Shown: positions 8,887-22,407, numbered from the stretch's first letter. The stretch is DNA of 64,000 nucleotides from an uncultured bacterium (GCA_963749495.1 CAVVMW010000021.1:160001-224000), one strand, 5' to 3'. Translations and numbers: made by a program. Notes: generated by a model not told the origin, from the sequence alone.

Positions 8887-9963
8887 ATGCAGCGCGCGTT
8901 GCTCAAAGCAGCCAGCCGGGTCGTCGTGAAGCTGGGCACCGGTGTGTTGACCGACAGGACCAACGAGCCGGACCTGGCGCAGATGGGCCAACTGGTGGGG
9001 CAATTGGCCGAACAGCGCCGGGCGGGCAAGGAACTGGTCGTGGTGACCTCGGGGGCCGTCGGCGCCGGCATGGGCGCATTGGGGTTCGAAAAGCGCCCCA
9101 CGGATTTGGCGGAACTGCAGGCCTGCGCCGCCGTCGGCCAATCCCGGCTCATGGCCACCTATGAGAAGCTCTTCGCCGTCTTTGGTTTGGCCGTCGCACA
9201 ACTGCTCCTGACCCACGACGACCTGGCCCACCATGAACGCCACCTCAATGCCCGCAATACGCTCATCAGCCTCCTGTGCCATGGAGTGGTGCCCGTCATC
9301 AATGAAAACGACGTCGTCTCCTTCACCGAACTGAAGTTTGGGGACAACGACAAGCTCTGCGCGCTGGTGGCATCGCTCCTGCCGGCCGACCTGCTGGTCA
9401 TCCTGACGACCGTTGATGGCCTGGTGGAAGGCTTCGGCCAGGCCAATGCCAGGACCATCCCGACCGTCGAGCGTATCAATGCCGCCCTGGAGCAGATTGC
9501 CGGCGGGACCTCCAGCGCGACCGCCGTCGGCGGCATGGCCTCCAAGCTCGATGCCGCCAAGATCGCCGTCCGGTCCGGCATCCCCATGGTCATCGCCTCC
9601 GGCCGCAAGCAGCAGACGCTGGCGCGCGTGCTCGCCGGGGAGACCGAGGGGACGCTCTTCGTGCCGCACCCGAGGCGGCTCCGGGGACACAAGCGGTGGA
9701 TAGCCTTTTTTCATCATCCGCGTGGAACCTTGCTGGTGGATGCGGGCGCCCGCAAGGCCCTGCGCGAGGGCGGCAAGAGCCTCCTGCCGCCTGGCATCAC
9801 CCGCTGCGAAGGCGACTTCCAGGCCGGCGAGGTCGTCCGGATATGCGATCTGGATGGCACCGAGTTCGCCCGCGGCGTCGCCGCCTTTGATGCCGCCCAG
9901 ATCAAAGCCCGGCAGCTCAGACGGGTCGAAGTGGTCCACCGGGACAACCTGGTGATCCTCTAA
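8887..9963 (+). CDS. proB: Glutamate 5-kinase with C-terminal PUA domain
   Basis: VVVKLGTGVL, VTSGAVGAG, QACAAVGQ, INENDVV...KFGDNDKL, GGMASKL, VHRDNLVIL. Confidence 0.97.
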   Translation: MQRALLKAASRVVVKLGTGVLTDRTNEPDLAQMGQLVGQLAEQRRAGKELVVVTSGAVGAGMGALGFEKRPTDLAELQACAAVGQSRLMATYEKLFAVFGLAVAQLLLTHDDLAHHERHLNARNTLISLLCHGVVPVINENDVVSFTELKFGDNDKLCALVASLLPADLLVILTTVDGLVEGFGQANARTIPTVERINAALEQIAGGTSSATAVGGMASKLDAAKIAVRSGIPMVIASGRKQQTLARVLAGETEGTLFVPHPRRLRGHKRWIAFFHHPRGTLLVDAGARKALREGGKSLLPPGITRCEGDFQAGEVVRICDLDGTEFARGVAAFDAAQIKARQLRRVEVVHRDNLVIL

Positions 9964-10017
9964 AAGCGGAACAATCAACATTGGCACACCCATGCGGGTT
10001 TTGCGTCGTACGATTCA

Positions 10018-10102
10018 GTCCGACCGGTCCGACGGGTCCGACCAGTCCGACGGGTCCGACCAGTCCGACGGGTCCGACGGGTCCGACGGGTCCGACCAGT
10101 CC
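10018..10102. repeat. 9-mer tandem repeat (GTCCGACGG/GTCCGACCA)
   Basis: About 9 consecutive units. Confidence 0.9.
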
Positions 10103-10154
10103 AGGGCTCCGGGCATTGGTTTACAACTCACTCGGGCGCGGTTAGGCTGTCCAC

Positions 10155-11352
<1,198 letters not shown>

Positions 11353-11402
11353 GCCCGGTTTTTAAGAAGGACATTGCCAAGGCGGCCGGCCCGTAATAGA
11401 AT

Positions 11403-11466
11403 ATTACCGTCATCAACACCAGCGTCTTCGTGGCCGGAGTGTTTTGGCGGCACGAACCTCATCGAG
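11403..11466 (+). pseudogene. Short remnant of a PIN-family toxin N-terminus
   Basis: Translates as ITVINTSVFVAGVFWRHEPHR, similar to AVVDTSVFVAAIFWQ in the toxin at 32498-32959. Confidence 0.45.
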
Positions 11467-11532
11467 CGGCACTGGAAAATCAAATCTGCGGGGAACATGG
11501 TCAGACGCCCTGCGCGAAGCGGAGCAATGCTT

Positions 11533-11766
11533 ATGAGCACGCAAGAGATTATGACGGAGTTGGCAAAGCTGGACCGACAGCAACTTGAGCGGGTGGAGAG
11601 TCGGCTCCACGAATTGCTGGAAGCGGCTAGACCCAGCCAACAACCGCGGCAGAAACCCATCGGCGAGGTGCTGCTGGAATTCGCCGGACAGGCGCAAGGA
11701 CTGCCGGCGGATTATTCAAGCAACATCAACCACTACCTCTACGGCGTTCCGAAGCGGCAACCATGA
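11533..11766 (+). CDS. Putative antitoxin
   Basis: Small ORF ending GLPADYSSNINHYLYG; ATGA overlap with PIN gene. Confidence 0.8.
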   Translation: MSTQEIMTELAKLDRQQLERVESRLHELLEAARPSQQPRQKPIGEVLLEFAGQAQGLPADYSSNINHYLYGVPKRQP

Positions 11767-12161
11767 AGTTTGCCGATACGAACTTCCTGGTGGCTTTGTT
11801 GAACCCAAAGGATCAGTGGCACGCGCTGGCGACGACTGCCGCGGGCACCTTGGACGAACCTGTGGTCACAACGACGTGGGTGCTGGTTGAACTGGGCGAC
11901 GCCCTTTCGGTGGGCGGCAATCGTTCCCTATTCCTGCGCTTCGTTGATCGGCTTTCGCAACAGCCTCAGTGGGACACAGTCTCTGCTTCGCGTGAGTGGT
12001 TCGCGCGGGGACTCGAACTATTTCGAGCGCGCGCCGACAAGGACTGGTCGCTTACCGACTGCATCTCGTTCGCAGTGATGAAGGAACGCCGCGTCACGGA
12101 GGCACTGACTCACGACCACCACTTCGAGCAAGCAGGGTTCCGGATATTGTTGAAGGCTTGA
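11763..12161 (+). CDS. vapC: PIN-domain VapC toxin
   Basis: FADTNFLVAL...DQWH, WSLTDCISF, LTHDHHFEQAGF. Confidence 0.93.
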   Translation: MKFADTNFLVALLNPKDQWHALATTAAGTLDEPVVTTTWVLVELGDALSVGGNRSLFLRFVDRLSQQPQWDTVSASREWFARGLELFRARADKDWSLTDCISFAVMKERRVTEALTHDHHFEQAGFRILLKA

Positions 12162-12211
12162 TCGGGGAGAATCGAGGGCGTGGAGCATCCACAACGCCCC
12201 AGCGGCCCCCT

Positions 12212-13425
12212 TCACTCCAGCGCCGGCTGGCTGCCGTCGAGCATCTTCACCTGGTTGTGGAGAAAGTACTCGCGTGTGAGGGCCTTGAGCATTCGGGCGC
12301 GGTGGTCGAAGAGGCGTTTGAGCTTGCGCGGCTTGTGCCGGGCCAGGGCATAGTGAGTGAGCAGCGGCATGGCGATCGTGGTGTCCGTGTAGCAGACCAC
12401 CGCATCGGGGAGCCGTTCCGGGTCCACCTTGCCCCAACTGACCGCCTCGCTGGGCGTGGCGCCGGACAGGCCGCCGGTATCGGGCCGGGCGTCGGTGACC
12501 TGGAGGAAATAGTCCTGGCCGAATTCCTTGATGCGGAGGACCTCCTGGATCTGCGGCTCGGTCTGGAGCATGAAGTTCTTGGGGCTGCCGCCGCCCCAGA
12601 GGACCACACCGCTCTTGCCGCCGGCGCGTTTGGCCGCCAGCACGTAGGCGGTGGTTTCATTGACGTCAATGGACGGGTTGATGCGGAGCTTGTTGCCGCG
12701 CAGTTCGACGCCGGCCACGTTCATGCCGATGGTCGAGTCGCCGGGCGAGGAGGTGTAGCAGGGCACGCCGGCGCGATAGGCGGCGGCGAGGACCGAGAAC
12801 GTCCTTGAAGGCCGGCCTTGCGCTCCCATTCGGCGCAATACCTGCCCAGCAGATAATGCAGTTCCGCCGTGCCCATCTCCTTTTGAAACTCCGGCTGCGT
12901 GAGGATGCCCTCAAGGATCTCGTCGGTCGCCATCAGGCAATCGCTGTAGCCCAGCAGCACGTCATAGACCCGCACGATGTCGTTGTTGCGCAGGTCGGTG
13001 TCGTCGAACTTGAAACTGCCGACACGCACCGGGTAGTTGAGGGCAAAGTGCATGTCGTGATACAGGTTGGCGCCCGTGGCCACGAGCCAGTCCACGAACC
13101 CCGCCTTGATCAGCGGCACAATGCTCGAACAGCCCATCCCGGCAGGCGTCAGCGCCCCGGCAAAGCTCATCCCCACCGTCACGTCGGCCTCGAGCATCTT
13201 CCCCGTGAACAATTGGCACCCTTCCTTGAGCCGCGCGCCGTTGTAGGCCAGAAACGTCTCATCCACCAGGTCCGGCAGCTTCTCCCGCCCGGTGATGTTC
13301 CGGGGCAGAATGCGTTTGCCCGACATGTACTGCTCGCGGTGCGGACAGTGCTGCTTCTTCAGCCACTCCGGCATTTCGCCTAGGTCGGGTCTGGCTCGGA
13401 CGTGCTTGGTCTTTGTCTTGGGCAT
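12212..13425 (-). CDS. speY: Deoxyhypusine-synthase-like protein, probable homospermidine synthase (frameshift about 12808)
   Basis: [55 protein letters not shown]. Confidence 0.85.
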
Positions 13426-13494
13426 ATAAAATCCAAATTTTGCGCAGAAACAATACGCGGGAAAGGCAAGATGCCAACTCTTAAATGCGCAGCA

Positions 13495-13690
13495 CGCGCG
13501 TCGCGTAGCGACGCAGTGAAGGTAGCCGCGGACCTCGGTCCACGGTTTGCGGCGTGGGAACGGTCCCGCGTCGCGTAGCGACGCCTGACGGACTCGCGGT
13601 TTTCAGGCGTCGCTACGCAACGCGCTCGAAGCTTGGGCCATGGGTCCGTGGACTGAAGTCCACGGCTACCATCGGCCACCGCTACGCGGT
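13495..13690. repeat. Palindromic REP-like element (CGTCGCGTAGCGACG family)
   Basis: Further copies at 18817-19033, 19064-19277 and 27974-28190. Confidence 0.85.
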
Positions 13691-13772
13691 CAGCCAGCAG
13701 AGCGGTTTGTGCAAATGCGCGAGGAATCTTGCCCGAGATTTGGAGAAACGACTATCCTGCGCGCGGATTTCT

Positions 13773-14870
13773 ATGGCCAAACAGAATATCGAGAGCGCCC
13801 GGGCCCCATCGGAGCTGGGCTTCGCAATGCCGGCGGAGTGGGCCAAACACAAGGCCACGTGGCTGGGTTGGCCGCACAATCCGACCGATTGGCCGGACAA
13901 GCTCGATGCCATCCGCTGGGTCTATGTCGAGATGGTCCGCAAGATTTCGCCTGGCGAACTGGTGCGCATCCTGGTCCGCAACCGGGCCGAGGAGCAGCAG
14001 GCCGCCCGCCACCTGGTCCGCTCCGGGGCGGACCTCAACAATGTCCGGTTCATTCGCTGCCCGACCAACCGGGGCTGGATGCGCGACAGCGGGCCGATCT
14101 TCGTCAGCAACCGCAACTCCAAGGGCAGGGGACGGGGAGCGGCGACGGCCGTTGTGCATTTTCATTTCAATGCCTGGGCCAAGTATGACGATTGGCAGAA
14201 GGACCGGCGCGTGCCGGAGAAGGCGGCGCGGCTCCTGCGCAAACGGCTCTTCCACGCGCGGTGCCAGGGCCGCGATTTCGTCATCGAAGGCGGCGGCATC
14301 GAGGTCAACGGGCAGGGCACGCTGCTGACGACCGAGGAATGCTACCTGCACCCGAAGGTTCAGGTGCGCAACCCCGGGCTGGGGCGAGAGGAGATCGAGA
14401 CGACGCTCAGGGGTTACTTGGGCGTGACGAATGTCCTCTGGCTCGGCGCCGGACCGGCCGGCGACGACACCCATGGCCACATCGACAACATCTGCCGATT
14501 CGTCAATCGCGACACCCTCGTGCTCGTGAAGGAGACCAACCCCAGGGACGCCAATTACAGGCCGCTCGAGGAGAACTGGGAGCGCATCCGGGATTTGAGG
14601 CTCGAAGACGGCTCGAAACCAGCGGTGGTGCCCCTGCCGATGCCGGGGCCTCTCTATTTCGACAACTGTCGTTTGCCCGGCAGCTACGCCAATTTCTACA
14701 TCGCCAACAACGCCGTCATTGTCCCCACCTTCAACGACCCCAAGGATCGCATCGCCCTCGGCACTCTGGCCGAGCTCTTCAAAGACCGGCCCGTGGTCGG
14801 CATCCACGCCGTGGACCTCGTCCTGGGCTTTGGCACCCTCCACTGCCTGACCCAGCAAGAGCCGGCGTGA
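13773..14870 (+). CDS. aguA: Agmatine deiminase
   Basis: MPAEW..H.ATWLGWP, WMRDSGP, EGGGIEVNGQG, DDTHGHID, SYANFYI, GFGTLHCLTQQEP. Confidence 0.95.
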   Translation: MAKQNIESARAPSELGFAMPAEWAKHKATWLGWPHNPTDWPDKLDAIRWVYVEMVRKISPGELVRILVRNRAEEQQAARHLVRSGADLNNVRFIRCPTNRGWMRDSGPIFVSNRNSKGRGRGAATAVVHFHFNAWAKYDDWQKDRRVPEKAARLLRKRLFHARCQGRDFVIEGGGIEVNGQGTLLTTEECYLHPKVQVRNPGLGREEIETTLRGYLGVTNVLWLGAGPAGDDTHGHIDNICRFVNRDTLVLVKETNPRDANYRPLEENWERIRDLRLEDGSKPAVVPLPMPGPLYFDNCRLPGSYANFYIANNAVIVPTFNDPKDRIALGTLAELFKDRPVVGIHAVDLVLGFGTLHCLTQQEPA

Positions 14871-15065
14871 GAAATCCGAAATCCGAAATCCGAAATCCGA
14901 GACAAATTCAAAATTCAAAACTCGAATGCCCAAATCCCTTCCGCCAGGGCACGGTTCGGGCGCCCCTCCCGCGCGAAGCGTCTTGGAGTGCGGCAGTCCT
15001 CTGCCGCTTTGGTGTCCCCTGGGTCTGGGTCCAAAAAGCGCCAGAGGACTGGCGCAGTCCAAAAC
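14871..15065. repeat. GAAATCC heptamer run followed by a palindromic element
   Basis: (gaaatcc)x4; ttggagtgcggcagtcctctg ... cagaggactggcgcagtccaa. Confidence 0.75.
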
Positions 15066-15157
15066 CTGCGGGCTTGGCGACGGTTCATGGAGAGGCCGCG
15101 CGATTTTACAAAAGGATGACAAACAGGAGGCGGCGGGTGTGTCATAGTGAGCGTCAG

Positions 15158-18100
15158 ATGAAACGAATTGAACTAATGAAATTGAGACTCCTCTTAAGCG
15201 GATTGCTCTTCGCCGCGGTGCCTCTGGTTCTGGGGGCGGCCAACAACGACCCGACGGCGTCCTTGCAGAAAGGGCTCTTCGAGGAAGAGGCCAACCACAA
15301 CCTGCCTGCGGCCATCCAGGCTTACCAAACGGTCATCGCCCAGTTCGACAAAGACCGCAAGCTGGCGGCCACAGCCGTCTTCCGCCTGGGCGAATGCTAT
15401 CGCAAACAGGGCAACACGAACGAGGCCGTGGCGCAGTACCAGCGCATCCTGCGCGAGTTCGCCGACCAGCAGCCGCTGGTCGAGCTCAGCCGCCAAGGCC
15501 TGGCAACGCAGGGCGCCTTGGTGGCCGGCGGCCCTCCCCTCTCCTACCAATGGCGCAAAGAGGGCACCAACTGGCAAGTCTGGCTCCCGAACCCCGCCAT
15601 CCAGGAGCAGAAACGCCTCCTCCAGGAAGAAATCAAACTGGTCGAGCAAAAGCTCGCCGGCCAGCAGAATGCCTTGAAGGTGGGCAGGCTGAGCACTGAT
15701 GAGTTGGCGGACACCCAGCGGGAGATCTTGGAACTCAAGCGCGCCGCTGCCGCGCTTGATGACGGCCAACCCGCCGCCATCCAGGAGCAGAAGCGGCTGC
15801 TCGATGAGGCAATCAAGCTCGGGGAGCAAACGCTGGCCAAAGCGGAGGGACGGTACCGCGGCGGGATGGGAGATTGGCAGGCGGTACCTGACGGCCCAGC
15901 GTGACCTGCTCGACCTCAAGGTCCGCAAGGCCGCGCTCGATGCCGCCCAGCCCGCCGCCGTCCAGGAGCAAAAGCGGCTGCTCGACGAGGAGATTAAGGT
16001 CGTCGAGCAAGAGTTGAGCACGCAAGAAGCGAGGTACAAGAGCGGAATTGCCGACGAGACCTCATTCCTGCCGACCCAGCAGGACCTGCTCGAACTGAAG
16101 CGCCGCAAGGCCGCGCTCAACGCCGGCCAACCCCTCTCGACCGCGGCAGCCCAGCCGCCGACAACTTCGGCCGAGGCGGAGGAGATCGCCCGCATCCAAG
16201 AGATGATCAAGAACAGCCCGGACTTGATCAACGCCCCGGATGCGGTAGGCCGAAGACCCCTCCACGCGGCGGCGGAGGCGGGCCAGGTGATTGTGGCGGA
16301 GTATCTGCTGAAGAATGCGGCGGATGCGAACCTGAAGGACAACAACGGCGACACCCCGTTGAGTTTGGCGGCCAGCGGCGGGCACCGGGTCCTGGCGGAA
16401 CTGCTCCTCAAGCATGGCGCCTCGGTGGATGCCGCAGACAGCTCGGGGGAAACCCCTTTGCACAAGGCCGCCGCCAAGGGATTCAAGAGCGTGGTTGAAC
16501 TCCTGTTGGCCAACAAGGCCAAGGTCGATGCCCGGGACAACTTTGGCGACACGCCGCTGCACAAGGCCGCCGCGGCGGGTCAGGCCGCCGTGGCGGAACT
16601 GCTCCTGGCCCACCACGCCGAGGTGAACGCGAAAAACTCCGGACCGCCGCCAGTCTTCAACCTCCCGAACCAACACACCAAGGGTGCCACCCCTTTGGTC
16701 GAGGCCATCCTGGGCAAGCAGGTTGCAGTCGTCAAACTCCTGCTCGCCGACAAAGCGGAAGTCAATATCGAGTGCGAGATTTGGCACTTCAATCGCGGCG
16801 GGCAGCTCTCGCTGCGCAGCCCGAGCATCCGCTGCTCGCCTCTCTTTCTTGCCGCTGCCGTGGGCAATCCTGAAATCGTCAAGCTGCTGCTCGACAGCGG
16901 CGCGGCCCCCAACGCCCAAACCTCTGCCGCAGACGAGAGCGCTGGCGGGCTGACCCCTTTGTTGGCCGCCGCGCGGCTGGGCGAGGCCGAGATCGCCCAA
17001 TTGCTCCTGTCCCACAAGGCCGACCCGAACACGCCCGATAGTGGGAGCAAGGATAGCTTGGGCACGACGCGTCCGGGGCGGTTCGGCGGGGGGGGGCGGG
17101 GCGACCCGAACACGCCCGATAGTGGGGGCAAGACGCCGTTGCACTACGCAGTCATCAAAAAGTCCCGGGATCTGATCAAGCTCCTCCTGGCCAATCACGC
17201 CGAGGTCAACCGCCAGGATCGGGCTGGCTGGACGCCCCTCTGCTACGCCATGAATGCCGCGGACATCGAGATCGCTGCCGCCTTGCTGGATGCCAAGGCC
17301 GACCCGAACGTGAAAGACCAGCAGGGTAGAAGCCTGCTCCTCCTTGCGGTGGCGGACTGGGACCAGCCGGGCCACCAATGGAGCCCGCAAACCCGCAGGG
17401 AGATGGTCAAGCTCCTCCTGGCACACGGCGGCGAGGTCGACGCCCGGGACCATGAGGGCAAGACACCCCTTAACTACGCCGTGGAGAACCGCAACACAGA
17501 GATCGCCGCCATCCTCCTGGACGCCAATGCCAGCCCGAATGTCAAGGACCCCGTGTTTCAAACTCTGCTGCACCGTGTGCTGTCGTCGACCCAGCCAGGC
17601 GGCACCTTGCAGGAGATGGTCAAGCTCCTCGTCGCCCACCATGCCGATGTCAACTGCCGGGATGAGCACGGCAAGACACCCTTGAGCTACGCCGCCGGGC
17701 TCGCGGAGACCGACATCGCTGCCGTCCTGCTGGACGCCAAGGCCGACCCGAATGTCAAAGACGAGAATGGCCAGACGCCGCTCCACGTCGCGGCGCAATG
17801 GGGCGCGCACGGCAACAAGGCGATGGTCGAGCTGCTGCTGGCCAAAGGCGCAGAGCCCAATATTCGCGACAATGCCGGCAACACGCCTTTAGCCCTGGCC
17901 AAGCAACCGCGGCAGCCGGGGTTCCCAGTGCCGATGAATATCAATTTGCTGCCCCAGCCCGGGTTCAGCCCGGGCTTGCCCGGACAGCCCGCCCGCTTTC
18001 CGGCCCCCACCTCCGTTCAAACGCCCGCCCAGCCCGGCGAAATCGCCGAGCTTCTGCGCAAGCATGGCGCCATTGAAGACCTGCCGCGGACCGACGTGAT

Positions 18101-18807
18101 CGAGGTCCGGCGGCCTTCGGCCAACTACTCCCAGGTCGTCTTCACCAAGGGCACAAACAACTACAACCGTTTCAGCCTCTATGAACTCATTGCCGCTCAC
18201 TATGGCTTTGTGACACAGGATCCGTCAGTCCAGCAGGGCTTCGACGACCCAGGCTGGCGTCGGCAGGGCGCCCTGGCCTTTCCGATCCTGGACCGGGTGA
18301 CGGTTCAGCACCCAACTGGCAATGCATTGGGCTGGACCGGGTACCTGGTCAACGGCCCGTTCCGGCGGCCCGATTGTTCGGGTGATCAGCAACTCCAATG
18401 GGGCGACGTGGTGGAAATTCCAGAGGCAGACCATCCGATCAACGCCATCTGGCAGGGCCTGCCGGAGGAGATCCTGGCGGGGCTCAGGCGGTGCGTGGAC
18501 CGCCACGTCCTGTTAACCGTCAAGGGCCAGACGACTAACCTCCTGTTGAGCCTGCAAACCAAGAACCCAGCAGGGGGGGTTCAGGGGGCTCTCGTGCCTA
18601 CACTCCTCCGTCCTTTGCCCTGCTGCCGGTGCTGCAAGCCTCCGGCCTGCTGCGCGCCTCCTCGGACCTCTCCCGCATCACGGTCAAGCGCCGCGACGCG
18701 GCCACCGGCCAGTTGTACGAGCTGGCCTTCGATTGCTCGGGCAACGGGGCCCAGGCCCCGGTTTCTGGCTCCGCGACGGCAACGCCATCGAGGTGCCGGA
18801 GAAGTAA
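15158..18807 (+). CDS. Exported TPR / coiled-coil / ankyrin-repeat protein (frameshifts about 15880, 18610, 18760)
   Basis: Signal peptide; FRLGECYRKQG TPR-like motif; three AIQEQKRLL repeats; many G.TPLH.AA ankyrin repeats; ends LRDGNAIEVPEK*. Confidence 0.88.
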
Positions 18808-18816
18808 ACGCGGCGG

Positions 18817-19277
18817 CGCGCGTCGCGTAGCGACGCAGTGAAGGTAGCCGTGGACCTCGGTCCACGGTTTTGGGCATGGGAATGCGCCTGCGTCGCGTAG
18901 CGAGGCCTGACGGCCTCGCGTTGGCCGAGCTAAATCCTGTTTTTCAACCGTCGCTACGCGACGCGCCCGAACTTGGACCATTGGTCCGTGGACTGGAAGT
19001 CCACGGCTACCATCAGACACCGCTACGCGGTGAGGAATCGGGCGGCGCCTGCGTCGCGTACCTGCGTCGCGTAGCAACGCAGTGAAGGTAGCCGTGGACC
19101 TCGGTCCACGGTTTTGGGCATGGGAATGCGCCTGCGTCGCGTAGCAACGCCTGACGGCCTCGCGTTGGCCGAGCTAAATCCTGTTTTCCAACCGTCGCTA
19201 CGCAACGCGCCCGAGCCTGGGCCATCTGTCCGTGGACTGAAAGTCCACGGCTACCATCAGGCACCGCTACGGGGTGA
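18817..19277. repeat. Two tandem copies of the CGTCGCGTAGCGACG palindromic element
   Basis: 18817-19033 and 19064-19277 nearly identical. Confidence 0.9.
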
Positions 19278-19372
19278 TGGAAGCTCCCGGGACCCGCAGC
19301 CCTTGCCTGGGGCTGCGCGCTTCACCCCAGGCTTTCACATTGCGGGCCTTCGGCCCTCTCGTTTTCCTGGTT

Positions 19373-22172
19373 TCACGTTTCACGTTTCACGCTCCCCTCA
19401 TCCAGGCTGTGGATGGCGCGGCGGAGGCGCTGCTCGATGGCCAGGCGGCGATCCGGGGCCAGGACGCGCCCGCCGTCGGCCTCGCGGACGTAAAAGCTGT
19501 CGATGGCCGCGCCTTTCTCGGTGAGGATCTTGGCGGTCGAGATGTCGAGGTTCAGTTCTGCCAGGGTTTGGGAGATGACGAAGAGCAGGCCGAGGCGGTC
19601 TTCGGTCTCGACCTCGATGAGGGTGCGGGTGTCGGAGGCCTCGTTGTCGAAGCGGATCTGGGTGGAGAGCTGCTCGCCGGTATAGGCGGAGTAAAGGGGG
19701 CGTGTGATTTTCTGGCGGGCGATCAGGGCCGGGAAATCCACCTGGCCGCCGGTCAGGGCCTTGTTGAGGAACGTCCTGGAATTTGTCGCGCTGGTCGGCG
19801 CCGGCGAGGCCTCCGGTGCGGGCATCGGCAACCGAGAAGGTGTCCAGCACGATGTCGTCGGAGCGGGTGAAGATGCCGGCGCTGAGGATGTTCAGGCCGG
19901 CGGCGCTGAAGGAGCCTGCTATCTTGCTGAAAAGCCCGGCCCGGTCCCAGGTGCAGACTTTGACCAGGTTGGAGCCGCGGTCCAATTCGTCGAGCCAGGT
20001 CACGACGGTCGCCAGCGGGCTTTGCTCCTCGTTGTCATCGAGGACCTGAAGGCGCATGAAGCGGTTGGCCAGCTTGAGGTCGTCGGCCACGTCGCGGGCG
20101 GAGTGAACTTGGAAATAGCGGGCGGGCAGGGTGGCGAAGTGGGCCTGGACTTCATCCTCAGGTTGGCTGCCGTCCAACAGGCGGGTGACCTCCTGGCGCA
20201 GCAACTGGAGCTGCACCTCCTCGGTCCGCACGAACTCGCTGGCGCCGGTCATCAGGGACATGGTCTTGTGGTGGAGCGACCAGAGCAGAGAGTCTTTGAA
20301 GCCGTTCCAGAGCTTGTCGCTGGTGGCCAGGGAATCGGCGTAGGTGTGGAGGGTGAGCATGGAGAGGGTCTCGGGGGTCTGGGCCTGTTTGGCAACGTGG
20401 CGGATGACGGCGGGGTCGTCCAGGTCGCGGCGCTGGGAGATGCTGGCCAGGAGGAGGTGGTTTTCGATGACCAGGCGCAGGACGTGGGTGGCGGCGCCGT
20501 CCAGGCCCAGGCGCATGGCCACGCGGAGGGCCATGGCGGCGCTGCGGGCCGGGTGGCCGTGGCCCTGGGGCTTGCCCAAATCGTGCAGCAGCAGGGCCAG
20601 GTAGAGCACAAAGGGCCGCTCCAGCTTATGGAACAGCTCGGCATAGGCGGCGGCGGGCGGGTCCTTGGCGTCCCAAATCCGGTCCAACTGCTCCAGGCAC
20701 ATCAGGGTGTGCTCGTCGGCGGCGTATTGGTGATAGAACTCGTGCTGGACCAGGCAGGTCAGCTTGCCAAACTCCGGGATGTAGCGGCCCAGCAGGTCGG
20801 TCTCGTGCATGGCGCGCAGGATGGGCGCCACGTTGCCCCGCTGGTCGAGGATGGCCAGGAACGTCTCCCGCACGTGCTCGTCGGTCAGGAAGGCGCGGTC
20901 AACCAGAACCATCTCGTTGCGGATGAGCTGGGCCAGGTCCGGGTGCAGGCCCAGGCCGCGCTGCTGGGCATAGAGAAAGACGCGCATGAGCCGGCGCGGC
21001 TGCTCGTGAAAGACGCGCTCGGAGACCGCGTAGATTTGCCGCTCGTTGAACCCGAAGCCGTCCACGGGCTGATGGACGGGCTTGCGGCCGCCAGGCAGGA
21101 AGGAGCGCAGGGAGAGGCGGCGCGGGGCGGGGGCTTGGAGGGCCAGGCGCTGCTCCAGCGTGCGCGTGATCAGGAAGATGCTGCGCGCGCGCATATAGAC
21201 CTCGCGCATGAACCCCTCGATGCGTTTGCTGGGCGAGCGTTCGCCAAAGCCCAGGTTCAGTGCCACAGCCGGCTGGAGGTTCTTGGTCAGCACGTCCATC
21301 GCCCGGTTGGCGTGGTAGTGCATCTCGGTCCGCACCCGCAGCAGGAAATCATAGGCCCTCTCGAGCTGCCTGCGCTCTGTTTCCCTGATGAGTCCGTGCC
21401 CTTGCAGCTCCTTGAGCGAGCGCGTATGGCACTTGAAAAAGGCCATCCACAGCAGGTTCTGAAAGTCTCTGAGGCCGCCGCAGCCGTTCTTGAGATTGGG
21501 TTCCTGCATGCAGGCCGAATTGCCGAATTTCTCGCGCCGCGCCGCCTGGTCCGCCAGCCGCATGGCGATATACTCCTGTTGGTGCCCCGCCACGCATTTG
21601 CTCAGAATCGCTTTCTCGAACTTGTTGAACAGCCCTTCGTCCCCTACGATGAGCCGCGCCTCGATGAGCGAGGTCTTGGATTGCATGTCGGTGTTTGCCA
21701 CCTTCACACAATCGTCGATGCTCCGGACCGAATGGCCCACCTTGAGCCCGATGTCCCAGAGCGGGTAGAGGATGCCGTCAATGATCTTCGACAAATGCGG
21801 CAGCGGCCGGTTGCCGGCAATCTGGCCGCTGTGCAGGAACATGAAATCGATGTCGCTGTGCGGGTTCAGCTCGGCCCGGCCGTAGCCACCGATGCCCACC
21901 AGGGCCAGCGGCGGGAATTCCTTCTGCGCCTGCTCGGTCAGTTTCCGCTTGGCCGTGTCCCACAAATGGCGCAGCAGCAAATCCAGCATCACCGCCCGCG
22001 CCCGGCACACCTCCAGACCCCCGCCTCCGGCCCGGTGGACCATCTTGAGCCGATGGGTCTCGACCTTGAGAAATGCTCTATAGCGGTCCAGTTCCTGCGG
22101 GGGTTGCTGCCCGGGCGGCAGCGGCAGCCGCGCCGCCGCGCTCGCCTCGATTTTCCTGAGCAATTCCTGCAT
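19373..22172 (-). CDS. glnD: [protein-PII] uridylyltransferase with ACT domains (frameshift about 19780)
   Basis: GGYGRAELNPHSDID, EPNLKNGCGGLRD, HQYAADEH, LLHDLGK, DRAGLF and DRLGLL ACT motifs. Confidence 0.95.
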
Positions 22173-22232
22173 GCAACCCTAGCTTGCGGGAGGAGTGCGT
22201 TGAACGCAACCCCCAAGGGAGTGCGGAGTGAA

Positions 22233-22340
22233 AATGACGAATGACGAATGACGAATGACGAATGACGAATAAGCAGAGGCAGCGCCTGTCGCTTGGTCTT
22301 TTGGTCCCTTATTCGTCATTCGTCATTCGTCATTCGTCAT
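22233..22340. repeat. Inverted pair of AATGACG heptamer runs
   Basis: (aatgacg)n at 22233-22270 and (cgtcatt)n at 22312-22340; also near 8829, 43345, 45266, 50798. Confidence 0.9.
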
Positions 22341-22407
22341 TTTCACTCCGCATTCCGCATTCGGTCGAACCTTGTCGGCTTTGCGGTGTTTGATAGACTG
22401 GTCAACC

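Noticed and set aside
10018..10102. 9-mer run as iterons or CRISPR
   Set aside because: No spacers and no rep gene; it is a simple tandem repeat.
13554..13772. N-terminal ORF extensions of aguA, deoC, 24852 and 59652-62099
   Set aside because: They run through palindromic repeats or the tRNA gene; downstream starts fit better.
19704..22244. Long antisense ORFs (846 aa here; also 16062-17810, 8830-9993 and others)
   Set aside because: Shadow ORFs of real genes in high-GC DNA.
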